64,000 nt of DNA from Candidatus Humimonas hydrogenitrophica (GTDB lineage: Bacteria; Gemmatimonadota; Gemmatimonadetes; Palauibacterales; Palauibacteraceae), in NCBI GenBank assembly GCA_947581615.1, contig CANPVD010000068.1, forward strand, positions 2,240-66,239, read 5' to 3'. The position numbers and the translations under genes are program-made. This document shows, piece by piece, positions 38,933-48,929 of the stretch. The stretch's first letter is position 1; the number at the start of each line of letters is the position of its first letter. The notes under the pieces are model-generated. The model was not told where the DNA came from. It was given only the letters and a program-made list of their open reading frames with translations, and ran no database searches.

Positions 38933-39766
38933 TTGCTTCTGGATGAGATCGTCGCCACGAAGGCGGAGGAGGCCTCGGCACTGCGTCGCTGGGAGGATCA
39001 CCTCGAGGACCGGGCGGAGTCGGCCTCCGCGCCCCGGGACCTGGAGGCCAGCCTGCGGATGGGAGCCGACGCCGATGCGGTCGCCGTGATCGCCGAGTTC
39101 AAGCGGCGCTCGCCCTCCGCCGAGGACCTCGCCCCGGAGGCCGATCCCGGGGTGGTGGCTCGGAGCTACGAGGAAGGGGGGGCGGCGGCGATCTCGGTCC
39201 TGACCGATGGTCCCCACTTCGGGGGGTCCCTGTCCGACATCGAGAAGGTGCGGGCCGCCTGCTCGCTGCCCGTGCTGCGCAAGGACTTTCTCCTCGATCC
39301 CGTCCAGGTCCTCGAGGCCAGGGCGGCCGGAGCGGACGCGGTCCTGCTCATCACCCGCATCCTCGACGACGCCCGCCTGCGGGACCTCCTGTCGACCGTC
39401 CAGGCGCACGGCATGACGCCCCTGGTCGAGGTCCACGACGACGAGGAGCTGCAGCGTGCCCTCAGGGCCGATGCCCGGGTCATCGGGGTCAACGCCCGCG
39501 ACCTGGCCACCCTGGAGGTCGACATCGGTGGAGCCCGGGAGCTCCTGTCCCGCGTGCCCCCGGACCGGATCGCGGTGGCCGAGAGCGGGGTCACGGGAGC
39601 CGAAGACGTGGCCGACCTCGGCGCCGCCGGAGCGGACGCCGTCCTCGTCGGCACCTGGCTCATGCGGTCGGGGGCGTCGCGCGTGTCCGAGCTGACCGGC
39701 CAGCCACGCTCGCCGAGGGGCCGCGCGCGCGGATCCGGCCTCGCCGCCGAGCCGAGCGGCGGCTGA
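38933..39766 (+). CDS. trpC: Indole-3-glycerol phosphate synthase
   Basis: TTG start (per ORF track) with GGGAGGAG 6 nt upstream. [20 protein letters not shown] motifs. Confidence 0.85.
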   Translation: MLLDEIVATKAEEASALRRWEDHLEDRAESASAPRDLEASLRMGADADAVAVIAEFKRRSPSAEDLAPEADPGVVARSYEEGGAAAISVLTDGPHFGGSLSDIEKVRAACSLPVLRKDFLLDPVQVLEARAAGADAVLLITRILDDARLRDLLSTVQAHGMTPLVEVHDDEELQRALRADARVIGVNARDLATLEVDIGGARELLSRVPPDRIAVAESGVTGAEDVADLGAAGADAVLVGTWLMRSGASRVSELTGQPRSPRGRARGSGLAAEPSGG

Positions 39767-39786
39767 GCGGCGTCCGCGGCGGGCGG

Positions 39787-40539
39787 GTGGACGGGCCCAA
39801 GGGGGCTCCCCGGGTCAAGATCTGCGGTCTCACGCGGCCCGAAGACGTCCGTGCCGCGGCGGCGGCCGGATCGGACTACGCGGGCTTCGTGCTGGCCGGA
39901 GGGCCGCGTCACGTGGAGGCGGTCCGGGCCCGGGAGCTCCTCGAGGCGGGTCGGGAGGCCGCCCGCCTCGGTGGCGGACCGGAGCCCGTCGCGGTCCTGG
40001 TGGACGCCGCCGTGGCGCAGGCGCGCGAGGCCGCCGCGGCGGCCGGTGCGCGAATCGTCCAGCTCCACGGGTCCGAGACGCCCGAAGCCTGCGCCGCCCT
40101 CCGGGAGGCGGGGCTGGTGGTGTGGAAGGCCCTCCGTCCACGCTCCCTCGAGCGGCTTCGCGACCTGGTCATCCGGTACCGCGGCTGCGTCGATGCGCTC
40201 CACGTGGAGGGCTGGTCGCCGCGCGCGGCCGGCGGCACGGGCACGGGGTTCCCGTGGACGTGGATCGGAGCCCTGCGCGAGGAGGGGATCCTGGCCGCCG
40301 CCGGGGGACCCGGCCGTGGGCAGCGGGGCGCGTCGCCGGCAGTGAGCCCCGCCGCCGTGCCCCAGCTTCCGCGCCTCGTTCTCGCGGGAGGACTCACCCC
40401 CGACAACGTGGCCGAGGCCATCCGGCGGGTACGGCCGGACGCGGTGGACGTGTCGAGCGGCGTGGAGGTCCGTCCCGGCGTCAAGGACCCCGCCCGGGTC
40501 CGGGCGTTCGTCGAGCGTGCGCGAAACGCGCTAGGTTGA
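39787..40539 (+). CDS. trpF: Phosphoribosylanthranilate isomerase
   Basis: GTG start. [16 protein letters not shown]-terminus. 250 aa with Ala/Gly-rich insert. Confidence 0.75.
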   Translation: MDGPKGAPRVKICGLTRPEDVRAAAAAGSDYAGFVLAGGPRHVEAVRARELLEAGREAARLGGGPEPVAVLVDAAVAQAREAAAAAGARIVQLHGSETPEACAALREAGLVVWKALRPRSLERLRDLVIRYRGCVDALHVEGWSPRAAGGTGTGFPWTWIGALREEGILAAAGGPGRGQRGASPAVSPAAVPQLPRLVLAGGLTPDNVAEAIRRVRPDAVDVSSGVEVRPGVKDPARVRAFVERARNALG

Positions 40540-40570
40540 GGCCGGATCCCCGCACCAGGAGAGAGCCGAC

Positions 40571-41782
40571 GTGACGACGACAGGCGGCGCCCCCGCGTCC
40601 GGGACCGGGGCGGGGCGCTTCGGCCGCTTCGGCGGCCGCTACGTGCCCGAGACGCTCATCCCCGCGCTCGAGGAGCTGGAGGCCGCCTACGCGGAGGCGG
40701 CGACGGACCCGGAGTTCCTCGGGCGGCTCGCGGAGCTGCTGGCCGACTACGTCGGCCGGCCGAGCCCGGTCTACCGGGCCGACCGGCTGGGCGAGGCGCT
40801 GGGCGGCGTGCGCGTGTGGCTCAAGCGCGAGGACCTGAACCACACGGGCGCCCACAAGATCAACAACACGCTGGGCCAGGCGCTCGTGGCGCTCCGCATG
40901 GCCAAACGGCGCATCATCGCCGAGACGGGAGCGGGGCAGCACGGCGTGGCCACGGCGACGGCGTGCGCCCTGTTCGGCCTCGAGTGTGTGGTCTACATGG
41001 GCCGGGAGGACATGCGCCGGCAGGCGCTCAACGTGGAGCGCATGCGGCTCCTCGGGGCCGAGATCCGGCCGGTGGACTCGGGCCGCGGGACGCTGAAGGA
41101 CGCCACCAACGAGGCGATCCGCGACTGGGTCGAGAACGTCCGTGACACGCACTACATCATCGGCTCGGTGGTGGGACCCGACCCCTATCCCCGCATGGTG
41201 CGCGATTTCCAGCGCGTCATCGGGGACGAGGCTCGCCGGCAGCTGGCCGACCGGGACGTCCGTCCCGCCGCGGCTTTCGCGTGCGTGGGTGGCGGCTCCA
41301 ACGCCATCGGCCTGTTCACGGCCTTCCTCGACGACGGGGAGGTGGAGCTGGTGGGCGTCGAGGCGGCCGGAGAGGGACTGGAGAGCGGCCGCCACGCCGC
41401 GTCGCTGGCCGCCGGCTCGCCAGGCGTCCTGCACGGGTCGCTGAGCTACCTGCTCCAGGACGAGGGGGGCCAGGTGGTGCCCGCGCACTCGGTCTCCGCC
41501 GGCCTGGACTATCCGGGGGTCGGGCCGGAGCACGCCTGGCTGCGGGACACGGGACGGGTGCGCTACGAATCGGCCACGGACGGCGAGGCCCTGGCGGCGT
41601 TCCGCCGGCTCACCCGACTGGAGGGCATCATCCCCGCGCTGGAGAGCGCGCACGCGCTCGCGGGCCTGACGGCCGAGGCGGACCGCTGGCGGGACCGGGA
41701 CGTGCTCGTGTGCCTGTCGGGCCGGGGGGACAAGGACGTCGTCGAAGCGGCGCGGCTCCTGGCCGGCCAGGATTCGGAGTGA
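40571..41782 (+). CDS. trpB: Tryptophan synthase beta chain
   Basis: GTG start with [23 protein letters not shown]-Lys motif. GGGSNAIG. Confidence 0.9.
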   Translation: MTTTGGAPASGTGAGRFGRFGGRYVPETLIPALEELEAAYAEAATDPEFLGRLAELLADYVGRPSPVYRADRLGEALGGVRVWLKREDLNHTGAHKINNTLGQALVALRMAKRRIIAETGAGQHGVATATACALFGLECVVYMGREDMRRQALNVERMRLLGAEIRPVDSGRGTLKDATNEAIRDWVENVRDTHYIIGSVVGPDPYPRMVRDFQRVIGDEARRQLADRDVRPAAAFACVGGGSNAIGLFTAFLDDGEVELVGVEAAGEGLESGRHAASLAAGSPGVLHGSLSYLLQDEGGQVVPAHSVSAGLDYPGVGPEHAWLRDTGRVRYESATDGEALAAFRRLTRLEGIIPALESAHALAGLTAEADRWRDRDVLVCLSGRGDKDVVEAARLLAGQDSE

Positions 41783-42585
41783 GCGCCGCCGTGGGCTCGG
41801 GCCGCCTGGCCGCGGCGTTCGAGGCCCGCCGGGAGGCCGGGGGCGCCGCCTTCATCCCGTATCTCACCTTCGGGTACCCGTCGCCGGAGGACACGCCGCG
41901 CCTGCTCGGGCGCCTGGCCGACGCCGGGGCGGACGTCATCGAGCTCGGGGTGCCGTTCAGCGACCCGCTCGCCGACGGACCCACCATCCAGCGGGCCGGC
42001 TGGCGGGCCCTGGAGCGCGGCGCCACGCTGGCGGCGGCGCTGGAGCTGGTGGAGCGGGTGGCCGCCGGCCTGCCGCCCCTGGTCCTGTTCAGCTACCTGA
42101 ACCCGATCCTCCATGCCGGCGTGGACGCCTTCCGCGAGCGGGCCGCGGCGGCCGGCGTGGCGGGGGTCCTGGTGACGGACCTGCCGGTGGGGTCGGACCC
42201 GGACCTCGAGGCCCGGCTGGCCGGCGCCGGCCCGGACCTCATCCGGCTGGTGGCGCCGACCACCAGCGAGGCGCGGGTCCGGGGCATCGCCGGCACGGCC
42301 TCCGGCTTCCTGTACTACGTGTCGCGCACGGGCGTCACGGGCGCGCGCGCCAGCCTCACCGACACGCTGGCGGAGGAGGTGGGTCGGCTGCGCGGGCTGG
42401 TGGATCTGCCGGTCGCGGTCGGGTTCGGGATCTCCCGGCCCGAGCAGGCCGCGCAGGTCGGCCGGCTCGCGGACGGGGTCGTGGTGGGCAGCGCGCTCAT
42501 CGACGCCCTGGGCCGCGACGAGGAGGCGTTCGCCGAGCTCGCCGCGGCGCTGGCGGAGGCCGCGCACGGAGCCCGGTCCACCTGA
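41779..42585 (+). CDS. trpA: Tryptophan synthase alpha chain
   Basis: In the frame of ORF 41281..42585. GTG 41779 overlaps the trp[28 protein letters not shown] motifs. Confidence 0.85.
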   Translation: MSAAVGSGRLAAAFEARREAGGAAFIPYLTFGYPSPEDTPRLLGRLADAGADVIELGVPFSDPLADGPTIQRAGWRALERGATLAAALELVERVAAGLPPLVLFSYLNPILHAGVDAFRERAAAAGVAGVLVTDLPVGSDPDLEARLAGAGPDLIRLVAPTTSEARVRGIAGTASGFLYYVSRTGVTGARASLTDTLAEEVGRLRGLVDLPVAVGFGISRPEQAAQVGRLADGVVVGSALIDALGRDEEAFAELAAALAEAAHGARST

Positions 42586-42601
42586 CGGCCGGGGCGGCGA
42601 C

Positions 42602-44503
42602 CTAGCGGGCGGGCCTCAGCTTCTCGAGGAGGGCCTCGCTGGGCTCGACGAACACCGTCTGCACCCGCTCGGGCACCACCACGCCCGGCGGCGCCTTGCG
42701 GGGGCTGCGCACGTACTTCCTCCGCGTCCAGTCGACCCCGACCGTGCCGCTGTGGCGCGCCTCGCTGTGCACCGCGGCGGCGACGGCCGCCTCGAGGAGG
42801 TCCCGCCGGGGCGGATTCGCATCCCTTCGGCCCCAGCGCAGGATGACGTGGGCCCCCGGCACCTGCCGGGCGTGGAGCCAGATGTCCTCGGTGTGGGAAT
42901 GGTGGAAGGTGAGCTCGTCGTTGTGCCGCGCCCCCCGGCCCACCCGGATCTCGAGTCCGCCCGAGGAGAGGTAGCGGCGGTAGGGCAGGCGGGAGGCGTC
43001 GGCCGCCCCGCGGCGCCCCGGCCGGCCGGGGCGGCCGCCGGCCAGCTCCCACAGCGCCTCCGACGGACTCGACCCGGCCAGGGTCTCCAGGCCGGCGCGC
43101 AGCTCCGCGAGACGCCCGCGGACCCGATCCAGGACGCCGGGAAGCCGCTCGGCCGCGCGCTCCCGCCGCGCGGCGAGCTCGTACAGCCGGTCCGCGTTCT
43201 CGGCGGCCGACAGCGCCGGGTCGAGCTCGATCTCGCGGGGGTCCCCAGCGAAGCCCTCCAGCGTGACCCGTGCCGCTCCGCGGGGAATCTCCGTCAGGCG
43301 CGCCAGGACGAGGTTGGCGTCCTCTCGGAGGAGGGCGGGATCGGGACCCTCCTCCAGCTCACGCTCTAAGGCGGCGGCCCGGCGCTCGGTGCGCTCCGCC
43401 GCGGCCCGAAGCGCGGCCTCGAGCTGCAGGGCCTCCCGGTCGGTCGTGGGGCCCGCCTCGTCCCGGGCTTCCGTCCCGTCTCCCTCCGCGGCGGGTCCGG
43501 GCCCGGAGGCGGCCGGGGGGGACCAGGGACCAGCGGCCGCGGCCCGGGCGAAGGCCGCGAGCAGCGAGTCGACCGGGACCGCGTCGGAGCGGCCCAGTCG
43601 GTCGGGGTAGGGCTGGGCGCCGGCCTCGCCCGGCAGGAGCCACGCGGCGGGCTTCCCGCGCGGGGCGGCCGCGCCCGCGACGGCGGCCAGGCCGAGGAGG
43701 CCGAGGTACCGCTCCCGGGCCGCCTCCAGCTCGCCTCGGGCCGCGTCGGGTTCACCTCCGGCCGCCTCCCCGAGGATCCAGACGGCGGTCAGGCCGCTCG
43801 TCCACGCGGCCTCGCGCAGAAGCGCGGCCGTGCGTCGCCCCGGCTCCTCCTCCGCGAGGAGGGCTCGCCACGCCTCCGGGTCGGGAGGCGCATCGCGCCA
43901 CCGCCGGGGACCGCCGGGGAAGGACGGCGGTCGGTAGGGACGGGCGCCGCGCAGGTCCCGGTCGCCGGCCTCGCGCGGCCACAGTGCCGCCCTGATCCGC
44001 CAGCGGCCCGACTCGTCCGTGCCGTTGGCCGCGGCTCTCCCGGCGGCTCTCGGAGCTCCCGGAGGGGGGGCGCCGGGGCCGGCCTCCTCCACCAGCAGGA
44101 GGTTCCACTGGTTGGTGAGAAGCTCGGCCACCAGGCGGCCACGGCGTCCGCCGCCCTCCAGGTCGAGGACGAGGACGCGCTCGTCGGGCGGAGACCACGC
44201 CCCCGTCAGTCGGCTCCCGTGCAGCTCCACCGCGGTCACCTCCGAGAGGGCCTCCCGGGGGTCCGCGCCCGACGAGCCCCTCCCGGCGAGCACGAGGGCC
44301 TCCAGCGCGCCCGGGTCGGCCTCCAGCAGGAACCCGGCCTCGGGATGGAGCAGGAAGAGCAGAGAGGGCCCCTGGTCGAGCCGCAGCTCGGCCGCGCGCA
44401 TCCCGCGGTGCAGGCGCAGCTCGCGCGCCCGACGGCCTGTCGTCCACTCGCCCAGCTCGCGGGCCAGGCAGCGGACGAGGACGGGGTCGTACTGCAGTGG
44501 CAC
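42602..44503 (-). CDS. NFACT-family RNA-binding protein (RqcH/FbpA-like, ribosome quality control)
   Basis: ORF 42602..44659. The preferred start is GTG 44503, preceded by GAGAGGAGG 8 nt upstream (MPLQYDPVLVRC). C-terminal NFACT-R/DUF814 block YRRYLSSGGLEIRVGRGARHNDELTFHHSHTEDIWLHARQVPGAHVIL. Confidence 0.65.
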   Translation of the reverse strand: MPLQYDPVLVRCLARELGEWTTGRRARELRLHRGMRAAELRLDQGPSLLFLLHPEAGFLLEADPGALEALVLAGRGSSGADPREALSEVTAVELHGSRLTGAWSPPDERVLVLDLEGGGRRGRLVAELLTNQWNLLLVEEAGPGAPPPGAPRAAGRAAANGTDESGRWRIRAALWPREAGDRDLRGARPYRPPSFPGGPRRWRDAPPDPEAWRALLAEEEPGRRTAALLREAAWTSGLTAVWILGEAAGGEPDAARGELEAARERYLGLLGLAAVAGAAAPRGKPAAWLLPGEAGAQPYPDRLGRSDAVPVDSLLAAFARAAAAGPWSPPAASGPGPAAEGDGTEARDEAGPTTDREALQLEAALRAAAERTERRAAALERELEEGPDPALLREDANLVLARLTEIPRGAARVTLEGFAGDPREIELDPALSAAENADRLYELAARRERAAERLPGVLDRVRGRLAELRAGLETLAGSSPSEALWELAGGRPGRPGRRGAADASRLPYRRYLSSGGLEIRVGRGARHNDELTFHHSHTEDIWLHARQVPGAHVILRWGRRDANPPRRDLLEAAVAAAVHSEARHSGTVGVDWTRRKYVRSPRKAPPGVVVPERVQTVFVEPSEALLEKLRPAR

Positions 44504-44524
44504 GGAACGCGCCTCCTCTCTCGG

Positions 44525-44553
44525 TTGGTACGCCGCCAGGGCGGGAATATATT
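44525..44553 (+). promoter_or_regulatory. Candidate promoter TTGGTA-N17-TATATT upstream of panB; the -10 lies within the perfect palindrome GAATATATTC
   Basis: Read directly from the sequence in the divergent rqcH-like/panB intergenic region. Confidence 0.3.
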
Positions 44554-44646
44554 CAGGCCGCCCGGTCGTGCGCGCACGCCGGGGGTCCGGGTGGAGTCGG
44601 TCGCCCGCGACCGTTCTGCCCGAACGGATAGCGGGGGAGGTCGAAG

Positions 44647-45480
44647 GTGACGAGCCCACACAGCCAGGAGAGCCGGCGCCGCGTCACCACACGCGAGCTG
44701 GTCGCCATGAAGGAGCGCGGGGAGCGCATCGCGATCCTCACCTGCTATGACCACCTGTTCGCCCGCCTGCTGGACGCCTCCGGTGTCGACGTCGTCCTGG
44801 TGGGGGACTCGCTGGGCCAGGTGATCCTCGGCTACGACTCGACGCTGCCGGTCACGCTGGAGGCGATGATCCACCACGCCTCGGCCGTGCGGCGCGGCGT
44901 CACCCACGCGCTCGTGGTGGTGGACCTGCCCTTCCTCTCCTACCAGGTGAGCGACGAGGAGGCCCTGCGCAGCGCCGGCCGGATCATGAAGGAGACGGGA
45001 GCCGAGGCCGTCAAGCTCGAGGGGGGCGACGAGGCCGCGGTCTCCCGGGTGCAGGCCCTCGTGCGGGCCGGCATCCCGGTCATGGGCCACCTGGGCCTCA
45101 CGCCCCAGTCCGTGCACAGCTTCGGTGGGTACGGGGTACGTGGACGGGAGCCGGAGGAGGCGACGCGCTTGCGCCGACAGGCGGCGGCGCTCGAGGAGGC
45201 CGGCTGCTTCGCCATCGTCCTCGAGCTCATGCCGACCGGGCTGGCGCGCGACGTGAGCCAGTCGCTGCGCATCCCGACGATCGGCATCGGAGCGGGACCG
45301 GACTGCGACGGCCAGGTGCTGGTGCTCCCGGACATGCTGGGGCTCAACGAGGGCTTCGAGCCCCGGTTCCTCCGCCGGTTCGGGGCGCTGGGCCCGGCCG
45401 TCCACGAAGCGGTGGACGCCTACGTGGAAGCGGTGCGCGAGCGGACGTATCCGGATGCTTCGGAGAGTTATGACGGATGA
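44647..45480 (+). CDS. panB: 3-methyl-2-oxobutanoate hydroxymethyltransferase
   Basis: GTG start with GGGGGAGG RBS. ILTCYD..VVLVGDSLG and GIGAGPDCDGQVLV motifs. Confidence 0.9.
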   Translation: MTSPHSQESRRRVTTRELVAMKERGERIAILTCYDHLFARLLDASGVDVVLVGDSLGQVILGYDSTLPVTLEAMIHHASAVRRGVTHALVVVDLPFLSYQVSDEEALRSAGRIMKETGAEAVKLEGGDEAAVSRVQALVRAGIPVMGHLGLTPQSVHSFGGYGVRGREPEEATRLRRQAAALEEAGCFAIVLELMPTGLARDVSQSLRIPTIGIGAGPDCDGQVLVLPDMLGLNEGFEPRFLRRFGALGPAVHEAVDAYVEAVRERTYPDASESYDG

Positions 45481-46438
45481 GGCGGCGCGGCCGATCGCCG
45501 TGGACAGGCCGGAACCCGGCCCGGAGCGGCCGGCGGCCGCTCCTCCCTCGCGCCCTCGCGTGATCCGGGACCCCGACGAAGCCAGAGACGCGGCCAGAAC
45601 CCTGCGACGCGAGCGCGGCAGCCTGGCCCTCGTGCCCACGATGGGCTTCCTGCACGAGGGGCACCTGAGCCTGCTGGACCGGGCCCGCGAGCAGGCGAGC
45701 GCCGTGGCGATCTCGATCTTCGTCAATCCGACCCAGTTCGGCCCGGACGAGGACTACGAGGCGTACCCGCGCGACCTGGAGCGTGACGCCCGCCTGGCCG
45801 CCGAGCGCGGGGCCGACTTCGTGTTCGCGCCCACCGCGGCGGCCATGTACCCGGGCTCTCCCACGATCACGGTGGATCCCGGGCGCCTGGCCGACCGCCT
45901 GTGCGGCCTGGGCCGCCCCGGTCACTTCCGCGGCGTGCTCACGGTCGTGCTCAAGCTGCTCCACGTGCTGGAGCCGGACGTGGCCGTGTTCGGCCGCAAG
46001 GACTTCCAGCAGTCGGTCCTCGTCCGCCGCATGATCCGGGAGCTGGACGTCCCGACGCGGATCGAGACGGCCCCGATCGTCCGGGAGCCGGGCGGTCTGG
46101 CCATGAGCTCGCGCAACACGTATCTGTCGCCCTCCGAGCGACGGGTGGCGCTGTCCCTGTCGCGGGGGCTGCGGCTCGTGCGCGAGCGCTTCGCCGCCGG
46201 CGAGCGGGACCCGTCCGCCCTCGTGTCGCTGGCCCGAGCCACCATGGAGACGGCCGGCGCCGTGGTCGAGTACGCCGAGGTGGTGGATCCGCGCGAGCTC
46301 GCGGGGGTGGAGGAAGCGTCCGCGGAGGCGGTGTGCGCGGTCGCCGCGCGGGTCGGATCGACCCGCCTCATCGACAACACGCCGCTCGGCGGGAACAGCA
46401 GCCTGGACGCCCCCGGGCGTCCGGGGGCACCCGAGTGA
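45470..46438 (+). CDS. panC: Pantoate--beta-alanine ligase
   Basis: ORF 45455..46438. ATG 45470 is preferred (GGAGAG upstream). LVPTMGFLHEGHLSL HIGH-type motif. SSRN. Confidence 0.85.
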   Translation: MTDEAARPIAVDRPEPGPERPAAAPPSRPRVIRDPDEARDAARTLRRERGSLALVPTMGFLHEGHLSLLDRAREQASAVAISIFVNPTQFGPDEDYEAYPRDLERDARLAAERGADFVFAPTAAAMYPGSPTITVDPGRLADRLCGLGRPGHFRGVLTVVLKLLHVLEPDVAVFGRKDFQQSVLVRRMIRELDVPTRIETAPIVREPGGLAMSSRNTYLSPSERRVALSLSRGLRLVRERFAAGERDPSALVSLARATMETAGAVVEYAEVVDPRELAGVEEASAEAVCAVAARVGSTRLIDNTPLGGNSSLDAPGRPGAPE

Positions 46439-46471
46439 CACGACGATCCGATCGGAGAGCCGATAGAGACC

Positions 46472-46537
46472 ATGCGACGTACCCTGTTCAAGTCGAAGAT
46501 CCATCGGGCCACGCTGACCGGGACGCCCGCCTCGTGA
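46472..46537 (+). pseudogene. panD: 21-codon N-terminal remnant of aspartate 1-decarboxylase (panD) terminating in TGA
   Basis: ATG..MRRTLFKSKIHRATLTGTPAS* matches the conserved PanD N-terminus (MxRTMLKSKIHRATVT..), but the pro-enzyme Gly-Ser cleavage region and the rest of the barrel are absent in all frames downstream. The stop overlaps the GTG of the next gene. Confidence 0.55.
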
Positions 46538-47127
46538 CCGTTCCCCGCGCCGCCGTCCCGCATCCGCTGGTCGCGGCCGCCGGGCGTGACGGCCGCCTCC
46601 CGGAGTGGGCGCGCTGCGGAGAGGCGAGGCGGGCCCACATCGAGCGCGTGGCCGGCCTCCTGGCGGCATGGGCCGAGAGGCTGGACCTCCCGGAAGCGGA
46701 GCGCGTGCGCTGGGCGGCGGCCGCGCGGCTGCACGACGCCCTGCGCGACGCGTCGCCCGCCGAGCTCCGCCAGGAAGCGGCGCCCGACTGGCCCGCCGCC
46801 CTCCTGCACGGCCCCGCCTGCGCGGCGCGCCTGCGGGCGGAGGGCGTCGAGGACGAGGATCTCTTGCGGGCCGTGGCTTACCACACGGTCGGGCACCCGG
46901 AGTTCGGACGGCTCGGCGAGTATCTCTACCTGGCCGACTTCCTGGAGCCGGGACGCTCCTACCTACCGGACGTGCGCGAGCGGCTCCGGGCCATCCTGCC
47001 CACGGAGCGACTGGAGGCCCTCCTGTCGGTCGCCGGCCTCAGGCTGGCCCACCGGCTCGAGGTCCGCGGCGCGATCCGCCCCGAGACGGTGGCCCTGTGG
47101 AACCGGCTGGTGGAGGAGGCCGCGTGA
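46534..47127 (+). CDS. HD-domain phosphohydrolase (YqeK-like)
   Basis: In the frame of ORF 45901..47127 from GTG 46534. H..RV..LA..WA..L..AA.LHD HD motif. About 197 aa. Confidence 0.5.
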   Translation: MTVPRAAVPHPLVAAAGRDGRLPEWARCGEARRAHIERVAGLLAAWAERLDLPEAERVRWAAAARLHDALRDASPAELRQEAAPDWPAALLHGPACAARLRAEGVEDEDLLRAVAYHTVGHPEFGRLGEYLYLADFLEPGRSYLPDVRERLRAILPTERLEALLSVAGLRLAHRLEVRGAIRPETVALWNRLVEEAA

Positions 47128-47639
47128 AGGGGCGCCTGGGGACGGTCGTCACGGTGGTCGTGCTCCTCGGCGTGGGCTTCCTGCTCGGCTCCTTCTGGCT
47201 CCAGTGGCGAGGAACCCGGCTCCGGCAGCCCGGCTCGGAGGTGGAGGGCACGCCGGTCACCGTTCCGGAGGGCTTCGCTTCCCGGGCCCGGGTCGAGGTC
47301 CTCAACGGCTCGGGGGAGCCGGGCGCGGCCGGGCGCGCCGCGAGCCGCCTCCGCGCCATGGGGTTCGATGTCGTCTACTTCGGCAACGCGTCCAGCTTCG
47401 GACACGCTCACACGCGGGTCCTGGCGCGATCGACCGACCGCGGCGCGGCTCGCCGGGTGGCGGACTCGATCGGCCTGGACAGCGCCATCTCCCGCCCGGA
47501 CACCAGCCTCTACCTGGACGCCACCGTCATCCTGGGGGACGACTGGCACGACCTGCTCGAGGTGCGCTCCCGGAGCCAGAAGCCATCGGAGCGACCGGCG
47601 AGCCTGCTCGACCGCATCCTGCACGCCGTCCATCGGTGA
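47124..47639 (+). CDS. LytR_C (LytR/CpsA/Psr C-terminal) domain membrane protein
   Basis: GTG 47124 with [11 protein letters not shown], overlapping the upstream TGA. N-terminal TM helix. RVEVLNGSGEPGAAGRAASRLRAMGFDV LytR_C pattern. Confidence 0.55.
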   Translation: MKGRLGTVVTVVVLLGVGFLLGSFWLQWRGTRLRQPGSEVEGTPVTVPEGFASRARVEVLNGSGEPGAAGRAASRLRAMGFDVVYFGNASSFGHAHTRVLARSTDRGAARRVADSIGLDSAISRPDTSLYLDATVILGDDWHDLLEVRSRSQKPSERPASLLDRILHAVHR

Positions 47640-47692
47640 GGCCGGCTCGCGCGCCCGGAGCCGCCGCGCGTCGACGGCCCCCGCCAGGGTCG

Positions 47693-48775
47693 TCAGGACG
47701 CCGGGTCGCCGTGCTCCAGTCGGAGCTGGCCGCAGGCGGCCGCGATGTCCCGGCCCCGGGGCTCACGCACCGCGGCGCTCACCCCGCGGCGGTGCAGGGC
47801 CCGGGCGAAGGCCTCCACGCGCTCCGGGGGGCTGGATCGCCAGGGCCGGTCGGGGATCGGGTTCCACGGAATCAAGTTGATGAAGCACATGAGGTCGGAT
47901 GTGATATCAGCAAGAGAATCAGCGAGTTCTGTGCTGTCGTTGATCCCCTCGATGAGGGTGTACTCGAAGGTCACGCGACGGCCCTTCCGGTCCAGGTACT
48001 CCCGCACGGCGGCCAGGAGCTCGGGCAGGGGGTAGCGTCGCTCGATCGGCATGAGCGCGGCCCGGAGCTCGGAGAGGGGCGCGTGCAGCGAGACGGCCAG
48101 GCCGAAGGGCTCCGGCCGACGGGCCAGCTCGAGGATCCCGGGCACGAGGCCCACCGTCGACACGGTGATGCGGCGAGCCCCCACGCCGAAGCCCTCGTGC
48201 AGGACCTCGAGCGCCGCGAACAGGGGCTCGGGGTTGGCCAGGGGCTCGCCCATGCCCATGAAGACCAGGTTGGTGATGGGCCGGCCCATCTCCTCGCGCG
48301 CGAAGCGGAGCGAGTCGCGGTACTGGGCCACGATCTCCGCCGCCGTGAGGTGGCGCCGGAAGCCGAAGGACCCGGTGGCGCAGAACCGGCAACCGAGCGC
48401 GCAGCCGACCTGCGACGACAGGCACAGCGTGAGTCGGTCCCCGGCGGGGATGAGGACGGACTCGACCTGCTCGCCGTCCTCGAGTCGCCACAGGTGCTTG
48501 ACCGTGCCGTCGGACGAGCGCGCGGTCCACGCCGCTTCGAGCGGCGTGAGCCGGAACGCCGCGCCGAGCTCGGCGCGCAGCTCCGTGGGAAGCGTCGTCG
48601 CTTCGTCGAACGAGCGCGCCGCCTGCCCGTACACCCAGTGCTCGACCTGGTCGGTGCGGTAGGCGGGCTCTCCCCGCGCCTCGAGCCAGCTGGTCACGGA
48701 GCGGCGGAGCTCCTGCGGCGCGAGGCCGAGCAGGGCCGCGGGTCCGGTCGTTTCCGGGAGGGTCTTCTGGCTCAT
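47693..48775 (-). CDS. rlmN: 23S rRNA (adenine2503-C2)-methyltransferase
   Basis: ORF 47693..49045 trimmed to ATG 48775 (MSQKTLPETTG). Radical-SAM CALGCRFCATG and C-terminal Cys. Confidence 0.85.
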   Translation of the reverse strand: MSQKTLPETTGPAALLGLAPQELRRSVTSWLEARGEPAYRTDQVEHWVYGQAARSFDEATTLPTELRAELGAAFRLTPLEAAWTARSSDGTVKHLWRLEDGEQVESVLIPAGDRLTLCLSSQVGCALGCRFCATGSFGFRRHLTAAEIVAQYRDSLRFAREEMGRPITNLVFMGMGEPLANPEPLFAALEVLHEGFGVGARRITVSTVGLVPGILELARRPEPFGLAVSLHAPLSELRAALMPIERRYPLPELLAAVREYLDRKGRRVTFEYTLIEGINDSTELADSLADITSDLMCFINLIPWNPIPDRPWRSSPPERVEAFARALHRRGVSAAVREPRGRDIAAACGQLRLEHGDPAS

Positions 48776-48805
48776 GGCCCGTCGATGAAGGTAAGCTGCG
48801 CTCGC

Positions 48806-48868
48806 TTGCTGCGGCCGATGGCCGCCGGTATACTCCGGAGCCGTAGTACGCGGAACCGGCCGGCTCCG
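48806..48868 (+). promoter_or_regulatory. Candidate promoter TTGCTG-N17-TATACT followed at once by an 8-bp-stem hairpin (CGGAGCCG..CGGCTCCG) and a U-rich tail in the vanZ/aspS leader
   Basis: Read directly from the sequence. Possible leader attenuator, or a shared regulatory structure of the divergent rlmN/vanZ region. Confidence 0.3.
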
Positions 48869-48929
48869 TTCCTCGTTCCCCGCCCCCGCTTCCGGAGCTC
48901 CCCGGGAGGCCACCCTTCGTGAGTCCTTG

